From Patescibacteria group bacterium (lineage in GTDB: Bacteria > Patescibacteriota > JAHJAL01), in the NCBI GenBank assembly GCA_036795335.1, contig DAIREY010000001.1:1-34228 (forward strand): a stretch of DNA of 34,228 nucleotides. Reading direction: 5' to 3'. A program made the position numbers and the translations under genes. The notes beneath the pieces were generated by a model. The model was not told where the DNA came from. It did not search any database and saw nothing but the letters and a program-made list of their open reading frames with translations. Shown piece after piece: positions 25,318-32,687 of this stretch. Numbering within the stretch: the stretch's first letter is position 1; the number at the start of each line of letters is the position of its first letter.

Positions 25318-25640
25318 TTTTTGCCTCCTTTTGTGGACTTAAAATTATTGCCTCTCCCCCATTATTTACTGCCAGAATCATACCTTTTGATTTGACACCT
25401 TTGATTTCTTTTTCCGCTAAATTTTTTAAAATCGGTACTTGTTTGCCGACTAACTCACTTGGTCGATAGTATTCTCGGATACCGGCAATGATGGTCGTTT
25501 CTCCGCTTTCACCAAAATCAAGCGCGATCTGATACAATTTGTCTGCGCCGGCTACTTCATTTACACTTTTTATTGTACCAATTTCTACGTCCAATTTCAG
25601 CCAATCTTCAAAAGACACAACAGGCTTGGATTTTGTATTG
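25298..25640 (-). other. tRNA-binding (OB-fold, MetRS C-terminal / CsaA / Trbp111-like) domain appended to TrpRS
   Basis: FEDWLKLDVEIGTIKSVNEVAGADKLYQIALDFGESGETTIIAGIREYYRPSELVGKQVPILKNLAEKEIKGVKSKGMILA matches the signature F.K.D.RVG.I..AE.V..ADKL..L.VD.G....IVSGI...Y.PEEL.GK.V..V.NL.P.K..G..S.GM.L. Confidence 0.75.
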
Positions 25641-26650
25641 GAAACACTTAGCGGTTCAACTAAGCCGATTTTTTTCTTAACTTTTTTGAGAGTTTCGTTG
25701 GCGACTAAAGCAGCTTTGGCGGCGCCATGCGCCAATACTTCCAGTACGTAATCGCGATTTTTATCCAATTCTTCATATTTTTTCTGAATTGGTTGTAGCA
25801 AGGCAATTGTCCTCTCGGCCAAATCCGCCTTTAGTTCGCCGTAGCCTCGGCCAGCAAATTTTTCTTCAATTTGTTGTTCTGTCCAACCGGTTAATATTTG
25901 ATAAATATTTAATAAATTATATAAACCGGCTCGTGTTTGATCGAATTTGATACTTTGCTCTGAATCAGTCACCGCTCGGGAAAATTTCAGACGAATATCA
26001 TCCGGTTTATCCAGCAGCCAAATATAATTGTATTTCGATTTGGCGGACTTGCTCATCTTGACCGACGGGTCATCCAAGGCCATTGTTCTGGCGCCACGCG
26101 GCGGATTGGTCGCTTCCGGCTCGACAAAAATATTACCATACAATCGATTGAAACGGCGGGCGATTTCGCGGGCGATTTCCACGTGTTGTCTTTGGTCTTC
26201 ACCCACCGGCACCAAATCTATGTTGTATAGTAGAATGTCAGCTGCCATCAGCACCGGATAGTCATACAATCCAACGGATACATTTTCGTCACCAACTTTT
26301 TTCGATTTTTCTTTGAACTGTATCATTTGGTTCATCCAGCCCAAGGGTGTATTGCAATTCAAAATCCAAGTCAATTCGGCATGTGCCGGCACATGTGATT
26401 GCACGAAAATATTTGACTTGGCTGGATCAATTCCGCAAGCCAAATAGAGCATGGCTACTTCCAAGGTTTTTTCCCTCAATGTTCGCGGTTCATACGGCAT
26501 AGTCATGGCATGCAAATCAACAACAAAAAACCAGTTTTCACTATCAGGATTTTCTTGATTTTGCACCCATTGCGATATTGCACCGATATAGTTTCCCAAG
26601 GTAATATTTCCGGAAGGTGCAACCGCTGACAATATTTTCTTTTTGGTCAT
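25298..26650 (-). CDS. trpS: Tryptophan--tRNA ligase fused to a C-terminal Trbp111/EMAP-II-type tRNA-binding domain
   Basis: APSGNITLGNYIG (HIGH region), FVQSHVPAHAEL, YPVLMAADILLY, VPVGEDQRQH, KMSKS. Collinear with E. coli TrpRS for about 335 aa, followed by a 115-aa extension. Confidence 0.95.
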   Translation of the reverse strand: MTKKKILSAVAPSGNITLGNYIGAISQWVQNQENPDSENWFFVVDLHAMTMPYEPRTLREKTLEVAMLYLACGIDPAKSNIFVQSHVPAHAELTWILNCNTPLGWMNQMIQFKEKSKKVGDENVSVGLYDYPVLMAADILLYNIDLVPVGEDQRQHVEIAREIARRFNRLYGNIFVEPEATNPPRGARTMALDDPSVKMSKSAKSKYNYIWLLDKPDDIRLKFSRAVTDSEQSIKFDQTRAGLYNLLNIYQILTGWTEQQIEEKFAGRGYGELKADLAERTIALLQPIQKKYEELDKNRDYVLEVLAHGAAKAALVANETLKKVKKKIGLVEPLSVSNTKSKPVVSFEDWLKLDVEIGTIKSVNEVAGADKLYQIALDFGESGETTIIAGIREYYRPSELVGKQVPILKNLAEKEIKGVKSKGMILAVNNGGEAIILSPQKEAKSGSKVS

Positions 26651-26708
26651 TTTTTGTCTTTAAAAATATTTTTAACGTTATCTTATTATATTATATGAAA
26701 ACTTGGCA

Positions 26709-26761
26709 AAATAAAAAACCGCTTTTTGGCATTTTGTTATAAATTACCAAAAAAACGGTTT
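26709..26761 (-). terminator. Intrinsic terminator of the response-regulator gene
   Basis: Minus strand aaaccg..tttttgg...ccaaaaa..cggttt followed by tttattttg. Confidence 0.6.
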
Positions 26762-26768
26762 AAAAAGA

Positions 26769-27194
26769 TTATGAAATTAGTTCAATACAATCATTGATGA
26801 AATTTTTTATCTTTTCAACGATCGTATTGAAATCAACTTTATTTATTCTTTCAATTCCCAGCTGACGATATTCGTCAACGACTGTTTCATCACTGGTAAT
26901 TGAAATTATTTTTTTAATTTTTTTTGCTAGTCCTTTTTTCTTGATGTTACGAATAACATCAATACCATTTGTACTTGATGAATCATACGAATGATCCAGT
27001 AGTACAATATCTGGCTGCAAATCACTGATCGATTCAACTGCGTCATTGGCGCAGTGAACCTGCCGCGCAAACACCTTTACGCCAGGCAATTGATGTTCAA
27101 TAATTCTCTCCAACACGTGAAGAATCATCTCATCGTCATCAGCGATTAATATTTTTACTTTTCTTTCTTTTGCTTGATTTGTTAACGTTAACAC
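26769..27194 (-). CDS. Stand-alone CheY-like receiver domain protein (141 aa)
   Basis: KILIADDDEM (acidic pocket), DIVLLDHS (phospho-acceptor Asp), ISITSDE, conserved Lys region. GTG start 9 nt after GGGGG. No output domain and no kinase in the window. Confidence 0.85.
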   Translation of the reverse strand: MLTLTNQAKERKVKILIADDDEMILHVLERIIEHQLPGVKVFARQVHCANDAVESISDLQPDIVLLDHSYDSSSTNGIDVIRNIKKKGLAKKIKKIISITSDETVVDEYRQLGIERINKVDFNTIVEKIKNFINDCIELIS

Positions 27195-27245
27195 AAATCA
27201 TTGCCCCCTTTTTTTTCATTAAAGATTTTTTAAATTGCACTATTA

Positions 27246-27274
27246 TTTATACGCCAAAATCCACATCGTATCAA
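27246..27274 (-). promoter_or_regulatory. Sigma70-like promoter of the receiver gene
   Basis: Minus strand TTGATA (27274..27269), 17 nt, TATAAA (27251..27246). Confidence 0.5.
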
Positions 27275-27300
27275 GCATTTTTTGGATATGTGGTTAAAAA

Positions 27301-27330
27301 AAATACATGAGCGGTATGTATTTTTTTGGC
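27301..27330. terminator. Hairpin aaatacat-gagcggt-atgtattt with U-runs on both strands; likely end of the GT39/76-aa transcript
   Basis: 8-bp stem. The loop region acatgagcgg matches the H2 loop at 248..257. Confidence 0.5.
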
Positions 27331-27339
27331 ATAATTTTT

Positions 27340-27635
27340 TTTCGATGGACTGCTTTGTTTCTTGATCCCCGACATCGAAACGCTAAAGCTTTCGATTCGA
27401 GAATAACAGCCTTTCTGCACTCGTTTGAGATTTGAAATTTCTTATCCACTTGCTTGTTGCGTATGAGATACCCGATAAAGGATATTCTCTTCGCTCATGT
27501 CTTTTCGGGTATGACAGAATTAGTTAATTATCTTTTTCATTCTGTGATTCGTTTGAAATTTGGAATTTGGGATTTGAAATTTCTTGCATATTGAATCTTG
27601 CATATTGTTAGTGTTTGAAATTTCTTGTTTGTCGA
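27340..27635 (-). repeat. Mosaic intergenic repeat block C, mostly inverted relative to block A
   Basis: The reverse complement of 27441..27590 aligns with 118..300: X module gcaagaaatt.caaatcccaaat..caaatttcaaacga, then H unit. 27340..27430 aligns with 412..450 (caaacgagt...tcga..atcgaag). Confidence 0.85.
27463..27516 (-). repeat. Hairpin unit H4, an inverted near-identical copy of H2
   Basis: atgagatacccgataaaggatattctcttcgctcatgtcttttcgggtatgaca is the reverse complement of 232..286 with about 4 mismatches. Confidence 0.9.
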
Positions 27636-27654
27636 TCATCGGATATTAAATTTG

Positions 27655-27885
27655 TTACTTGGTTTTGGTTATTGTCGTGGTCTGATCGGTTTCCAAATTG
27701 TTTCTGGAATCCATTTTAGGACAATCTCTTTTGGGGGGTGGCGCCGGAGAATTGCCGTGTTTGACCCAGATTCCATCCTGACAGATCCAACCGCCTTCAA
27801 AATTGTTCAGAGTGTGCCGGACCGACAAAATACTGGCAGCCGTGACCGCGGCTACAAATAAAATGATGATAAAAATGCCCACCAA
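27655..27885 (-). CDS. Small secreted or membrane-anchored protein (76 aa), downstream of the GT39 gene
   Basis: N-terminal hydrophobic IFIIILFVAAVTAASIL, two Cys, Pro-rich SPAPPPK. TTG or GTG start. The competing plus-strand ORF 27625..27861 is less plausible. Confidence 0.45.
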   Translation of the reverse strand: MVGIFIIILFVAAVTAASILSVRHTLNNFEGGWICQDGIWVKHGNSPAPPPKRDCPKMDSRNNLETDQTTTITKTK

Positions 27886-27987
27886 TATTGTTTCATTTTG
27901 TTTGTTTAAACTTGATCTATATCAATCATATTGTACATTAAATACGAAAAGTAAAAAAATGTCCCCGAAATTACAAACCACCGCTCG

Positions 27988-29514
27988 CTAATTATTTTTC
28001 ATATTTATTTGCCAAACCCAAACTTGCGAATAGATATTTGTTTGATCAAAAAATAACAAATGGCCATTTTTTTCAATCCAATCGAGGGTGGCGCCGTCCA
28101 AACGATCACGCGCCATTCGATCGTAAATAATAAATACAGTCTTGATCTGATTGAGCTCTTTTAATTGATCGAGATTATTGATAGTTTCAGCATTGACGTA
28201 GTATTCACGATTGTTTGAATCGACATAATAATCGGATTTTTCCGCCCCGATATAATCAAATTTTAACCAATATCCCGGTTGTCCCAATAAAATTTTGGTC
28301 AAATGCGGATATGCTGACACTACCGCATCATTGGCGGCAAGTTGCGCGCGCATTGTTTGATAGGCTGTGGCAAAATTTGGTTGTGGAGTGTATGACAAGT
28401 AAGTTTTGGAACTATTTTCCGGATTCGATTCCAGTTTGTAAAAAGTTTTTGGCCAAACAACCAATTCGCCGGAATAAATCATCAAGGCAAATAATGTTGC
28501 AATAGAAAGATAGGCCACATTTTTCTTTTTTATTTCTGCCAAAATCTCAGTAATAAACATACCATTTAATATTAGCAGTGCCGGGGTAAAAACGAAGAGG
28601 TAACGAAAAATTAGAGTTCTAAAAAAGAAACAAAATATGGTTAACGGAAATAAATAGGTTAATGCTAAAAACCAAGTCTGCCGCGAGTGTTTGTTTTCAA
28701 TAATAAACCAAACAACGGCTATTAACGACAAAACGCTTTGCCACAAATAGCTGTTACCAATGAATTCCAAAAATGACGGTAGATAAAAATTGAGTGAGAG
28801 ATTGTTTTTGATCAGATAAAATAGGGTGAGATTACGATAAATTGTAAAGTAGCCAATGATTTGCCAAAGCAAGACCAATCCAAGCAACCAGATAGTGATA
28901 CTTTTTTTGGATTTTGGATCGGGAAAGAAAAGCCAAAAAATAAGCAGATAAACCGGTCCAACTAGTAACACAACCGGGTGGCATAAAGTAGCTAGAACTA
29001 AAAAAGTTAGACTGACTAGGATTTTTTTCCACTTATCTTTTCCTTTTTCGATCACTTGCCAGAAAAAATATACAGACAACCATAAAAAAAGCATGGTTAA
29101 TTCATACATTCTAATTTGGCGGGACCAAGCGATTTGCCAATAGCCAAACCAATACAACAACAAAGTCCAAATGGAGGCCTGATTGGACCGAGTGATTTTC
29201 TGGGCGGTCTTGAATAATACTCCGCTTCCGGCCATGCCAATGATTACCGATAACAAACGCATGCCAAAAATATTGCCGCCGCTGATTCCATATAATCCAG
29301 CCAATAAATAGTGATATATTATGCCGCCCAGATAATATCGGCCGCTATCTAATATCGGCCATCCTTTTTGCCAAATACTCATGGCAGCATTAATTGAATA
29401 ACCTTCATCCATCCAAATACTAGTTTCGCCCAGATGATAGCAACGCAAAAAAAATGCCCATATAAATAATAGGGCAAGAGAAATTTTGTACCAATTTTGT
29501 CGCCACCAAGTCAT
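27988..29514 (-). CDS. GT39/GT83-type (PMT/ArnT-like) polytopic membrane glycosyltransferase
   Basis: At least 10 hydrophobic helices. First-loop motif SIWMDEGYSINAA (DE motif typical of PMT_2/ArnT-like enzymes). C-terminal soluble domain. Start is ATG 29514 or TTG 29550. Confidence 0.75.
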   Translation of the reverse strand: MTWWRQNWYKISLALLFIWAFFLRCYHLGETSIWMDEGYSINAAMSIWQKGWPILDSGRYYLGGIIYHYLLAGLYGISGGNIFGMRLLSVIIGMAGSGVLFKTAQKITRSNQASIWTLLLYWFGYWQIAWSRQIRMYELTMLFLWLSVYFFWQVIEKGKDKWKKILVSLTFLVLATLCHPVVLLVGPVYLLIFWLFFPDPKSKKSITIWLLGLVLLWQIIGYFTIYRNLTLFYLIKNNLSLNFYLPSFLEFIGNSYLWQSVLSLIAVVWFIIENKHSRQTWFLALTYLFPLTIFCFFFRTLIFRYLFVFTPALLILNGMFITEILAEIKKKNVAYLSIATLFALMIYSGELVVWPKTFYKLESNPENSSKTYLSYTPQPNFATAYQTMRAQLAANDAVVSAYPHLTKILLGQPGYWLKFDYIGAEKSDYYVDSNNREYYVNAETINNLDQLKELNQIKTVFIIYDRMARDRLDGATLDWIEKNGHLLFFDQTNIYSQVWVWQINMKNN

Positions 29515-29693
29515 ATTTACTTTTCTCAAAAAATATTTCTTTTTAAACAAATTGTAAAATTCTTATCACCAAAAGTAAAATATTCAAAACATCTTCAAAT
29601 TATTATTTGCATTTTCAATAGATATAATATATCATAAAGGAAACAGAAAGAGAGGTATTTTATTTTATTTATTAATTATTAAAAACCAAGAAA

Positions 29694-31526
29694 ATGTCAA
29701 AGAAAAAACTTTTCACGGGTATTGCTTCGTTCTTGGTCATAACAGGTCTGTCTTTGGTATCACTGATTGATGTCAAACACGGCCTTGGTTATGGCGGGGG
29801 AGGGGGTGGCAGCGCACAACCGAGTGCAACTATTAGTGTGATTTCTCCTAATGGCGGAGAAGTTTTAGGTGCCGGTTATACGGATACAATAAGTTGGAGT
29901 ACAACCGGGGGAACATTGATTTCCAAGGTATCGATTTCTTACTCAACCGACGGTGGAACGTACTTTACGACCATTGCTGATTTGGTGGACAATACCGGCA
30001 GTTATGAATGGTCAATTCCGGAAAATATTGAGACTACCAAAGCAGTTATAAAATTGCGTGGTTATACTTCCGGCGGTGGTTATTTGTATTCCGATAAATC
30101 GGATAGCAACTTTACTATTACTGCCAATGTCGAAATTCCGGCAGCACCAACCAATGTAGTCGTTTCCAATCCCGGTACAGGTGACAGTTTGAATATTAGT
30201 TGGGTCAATCCAGATAGTTTTGACTCTATACGAGTTTATCGCTCCACTGATGAAACCAGCGGTTTGGGCGAATTGATTCTTGATGATTCTACTTCCAGTA
30301 TGACTGACTCCGGTCTGACAAAAGACACAACATATTATTATACAATTCGTAGCGTCAACACGTCCGGCATCGAATCACAAAATACTGATCGTCACGCCGG
30401 CACTCCGACTGATTCCACTGGTGAAGGTTCGGTTAATGCTAATAATTCATATTTGTCGGCTGACAAAACTTCTGTCTTGGCTGATGGAGTGGATTATGCA
30501 GTAATTACCGTACATGCTCGCGATATAAAAAATAATCCAGTTACAAACGCTAACGTGACTTTGTATTCCAACCGTATGAGTGATGACTTAAATGCTGTTC
30601 TTGGTTCAGTTAATTCACAAACCAATGTTACCGATGGTTTAGGTGATGCCAGCTTTGTTGTTACTTCCAATGAAATTGGTATTTCTCAATATACCGCAAG
30701 TGTAAATAATGTTACTATCAACGATCAGATTTCGGTTGAATTTGCTCCAGTGAATCCTCCTTCTACCAATCCAGCAGATTATACTTACAGCTACGTTAGT
30801 CAATCATCAAATGCTACTGTCAAACAAGGTGGTGAGACAACTTTGACCTTGACTATCAAAAATACCGGCTCAGCAACTTGGTACAACACTGGTAGCAACT
30901 CGGTGCATCTTGGCACCGATCGACCGGCTGACCGAAATTGTGGATTCTACACAACCGGCTCCAGCTGGTTGTCAACCAATCGTATTGCCATGGATCAAGG
31001 TACTGTAGCTCCTGGTGAATTAGCTACCTTTACTTTTGCCATTGCCGGTGCTCCTTTGCCGGGTACATATCCAGAATACTTCCGTCCAGTGGTTGAAAAT
31101 GTTACCTGGATGAGTGATCAAAATATCAACTGGAATATCAATGTTACTGCTGCCAGTTATCAATATCAGTGGATCAGTCAATCAGAATACCCGACTTTGG
31201 ACACCAACGAACAAGCTACTTTGACTTTGACCGTTCAAAACACTGGTGACTCTACCTGGTATAATTCCGGCATGTTCCCTATTCATCTAGCCACTGACCG
31301 TCCAGCTGATCGATCCAGCGTAGTATATGATTCTTCTTGGTTGGCTATCAACCGTGCTGCAAGTATGAATGAATCAATTGTCGCTCCCGGTGAATATGCT
31401 ACCTTTACCTTTGAAATTCAAGCTACATCAAATAGCGGTACTTATTCCGAATACTTCCGTCCGATTGCTGAAAATCTTACTTGGATGAATGATGCCGGAA
31501 TATATTGGAATGTTACAGTTCGATAA
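29694..31526 (+). CDS. Secreted multi-domain surface protein: signal anchor, Gly-rich linker, SPNGGE-type Ig-like domain, FN3, Big_1 (invasin/intimin-like Ig), two NBR1-like Ig domains
   Basis: LFTGIASFLVITGLSLVSL; ISPNGGE...ISYSTDGG...GSYEWSIP; PAAPTNVVVSNPG...ISW...YYYTIRSVNTSG; LSADKTSVLADGVDYAVITVHARD; two copies of L.LT..NTG..TWYN.......L.TDRPADR...Y..SWL..NR......VAPGE.ATFTF.......GTY.EYFRP..E...WM. Confidence 0.85.
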   Translation: MSKKKLFTGIASFLVITGLSLVSLIDVKHGLGYGGGGGGSAQPSATISVISPNGGEVLGAGYTDTISWSTTGGTLISKVSISYSTDGGTYFTTIADLVDNTGSYEWSIPENIETTKAVIKLRGYTSGGGYLYSDKSDSNFTITANVEIPAAPTNVVVSNPGTGDSLNISWVNPDSFDSIRVYRSTDETSGLGELILDDSTSSMTDSGLTKDTTYYYTIRSVNTSGIESQNTDRHAGTPTDSTGEGSVNANNSYLSADKTSVLADGVDYAVITVHARDIKNNPVTNANVTLYSNRMSDDLNAVLGSVNSQTNVTDGLGDASFVVTSNEIGISQYTASVNNVTINDQISVEFAPVNPPSTNPADYTYSYVSQSSNATVKQGGETTLTLTIKNTGSATWYNTGSNSVHLGTDRPADRNCGFYTTGSSWLSTNRIAMDQGTVAPGELATFTFAIAGAPLPGTYPEYFRPVVENVTWMSDQNINWNINVTAASYQYQWISQSEYPTLDTNEQATLTLTVQNTGDSTWYNSGMFPIHLATDRPADRSSVVYDSSWLAINRAASMNESIVAPGEYATFTFEIQATSNSGTYSEYFRPIAENLTWMNDAGIYWNVTVR

Positions 31527-31548
31527 GCATTCATTTAAAATAATAAAA

Positions 31549-31577
31549 AAAGCAGGGTATATTCCTTGCTTTTTTTA
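31549..31577 (+). terminator. Intrinsic terminator
   Basis: aagcaggg-tatatt-ccttgctt followed by tttttt. Confidence 0.7.
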
Positions 31578-31628
31578 TTATTGTAAGCAAAAAAGATTTT
31601 TGTATTTATTTCTTATAGGAAACGTATT

Positions 31629-32570
31629 ATGAACGCAAAATTTGTAACAACGGTTCTTTTGTCAATTTGTTGCTTGATTGCACCAACCTGCGTGTACGCT
31701 ATTACTTATAGTGAAAGCACATATTACGATAGTTGTGCGGCTTCTACTGCTAATGAATGTAGTGAAAATAATCAAGAAGAAACAAATATTCCTCCCACTG
31801 GTGATGGCAGTAATCTGTTGTCAAAATATATTCGTCTGACTTCTCCCAACGGTGGAGAAACTTTGGGACGTCAGAGCAGTGATCTCGTTTATCCGGTGGA
31901 ATTGTCTTTGCAAGGCATTCATAGAGTAACTTGGGAATCTTTGACTTACGGAATAGAGTCAGTGGATGTTCTTTACTCGCTGGATTCAGGAAAAAGTTAT
32001 CGGGAAATTGCCAGCCATCTACCAAATTCTGGTTTCTATGATTGGACTTTGCCCAATATTAACGCTGATCAAGTCATGTTACGAATAAATGCTTATGGCG
32101 CCGATGATGTTAATCTTGGTTCTGATTATTCCAATGCACCTTTTTCTCTTTTAAACTACATTCCATCACCATTGCCTGGTGAATTTGATTCGGAATTTCA
32201 ACAAGCCATTTTAGTGGATCAAAAGATTGTCGACAATCCAATTCATGTGAACGAGGAGTTTGAGGTTGACGTGGTTTACTACAACAACGGTAATACAACT
32301 TGGTATAAATTTACTGATAACCCAGTAGTATTGGGCGGCTATATGCCGGAAGATCGCAACAGCGTTTTTGCTTCTTCGGGATGGTTGTCAGAAAATCGTC
32401 CGGCCATGTTGTCAGAGAATTTGGTCGTTCCCGGTGAAGCAGGTACTTTTCGATTCACAATGAAGGCGCCATCGGCTCCCGGTGATTATCATGAGATATT
32501 CGCACCGGTAATTGAAGGAAAGATGTGGTTGGCTACTCCGGTAGTGTTTGACATTAATGTTGTTTCTTAA
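31629..32570 (+). CDS. Secreted protein with an SPNGGE-type Ig-like domain and one NBR1-like Ig domain (313 aa)
   Basis: Signal peptide MNAKFVTTVLLSICCLIAPTCVYA; LTSPNGGETLG...VLYSLDSGKSY...GFYDWTLP; NNGNTTWY...MPEDRNSVFASSGWLSENRP...VVPGEAGTFRF...GDYHEIFAPV. Confidence 0.85.
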   Translation: MNAKFVTTVLLSICCLIAPTCVYAITYSESTYYDSCAASTANECSENNQEETNIPPTGDGSNLLSKYIRLTSPNGGETLGRQSSDLVYPVELSLQGIHRVTWESLTYGIESVDVLYSLDSGKSYREIASHLPNSGFYDWTLPNINADQVMLRINAYGADDVNLGSDYSNAPFSLLNYIPSPLPGEFDSEFQQAILVDQKIVDNPIHVNEEFEVDVVYYNNGNTTWYKFTDNPVVLGGYMPEDRNSVFASSGWLSENRPAMLSENLVVPGEAGTFRFTMKAPSAPGDYHEIFAPVIEGKMWLATPVVFDINVVS

Positions 32571-32589
32571 AAAAATATTGGTATTTTTT

Positions 32590-32620
32590 AAAAAACACCG
32601 ATTTTATTCGGTGTTTTTTA
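32590..32620 (+). terminator. Intrinsic terminator
   Basis: aaaaacaccg-attttat-tcggtgttttt. Confidence 0.8.
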
Positions 32621-32651
32621 TGTCAGGAACTTGTCTAATAGTAAAAAGTCC

Positions 32652-32680
32652 TTGAAAAAATGAACAATTTTCTTTATACT
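32652..32680 (+). promoter_or_regulatory. Sigma70-like promoter driving the ORF-less unit
   Basis: TTGAAA (32652..32657), exactly 17 nt, TATACT (32675..32680). Confidence 0.55.
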
Positions 32681-32687
32681 TTGAAGT

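Noticed and set aside
109-27450. DnaA-box-like 9-mers (ttatccgca 109..117, ttatccaat 21592..21600, ttatccact 27442..27450), hinting at oriC
   Set aside because: These are only near-matches to TTATCCACA, with one per block. There is no dnaA or dnaN nearby and no clustered boxes or AT-rich unwinding 13-mers beyond the generally AT-rich background.
122-27587. The 27-kb segment between the inverted X+H repeats as a transposon, prophage or genomic island
   Set aside because: The interior carries essential housekeeping genes (uvrB, trpS). I can see no integrase, transposase, recombinase, tRNA attachment site or target-site duplication.
27625-27861. 78-aa plus-strand ORF overlapping the 76-aa minus-strand ORF
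   Set aside because: It has a TTG start and no RBS or promoter. The minus-strand ORF has a signal-anchor-like N-terminus and operon context with GT39. Only one can be real, and the call stays low-confidence.
29790-29815. G-rich tract (ggcgggggagggggtggc) as a slipped-strand phase-variation switch
   Set aside because: The runs are only G5, interrupted, and encode an in-frame Gly linker (GYGGGGGGS).
29694-31526. Apparent richness of N-x-S/T sequons (13) in the 610-aa surface protein as evidence for N-glycosylation
   Set aside because: The protein is very rich in Asn, Ser and Thr, so about a dozen sequons are expected by chance. There is no enrichment to speak of.
30770-31526. Duplicated NBR1-like domains as template and variable repeats of a diversity-generating retroelement
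   Set aside because: There is no reverse transcriptase or accessory gene in the window. The two copies differ at all base types rather than showing adenine-specific mutagenesis.
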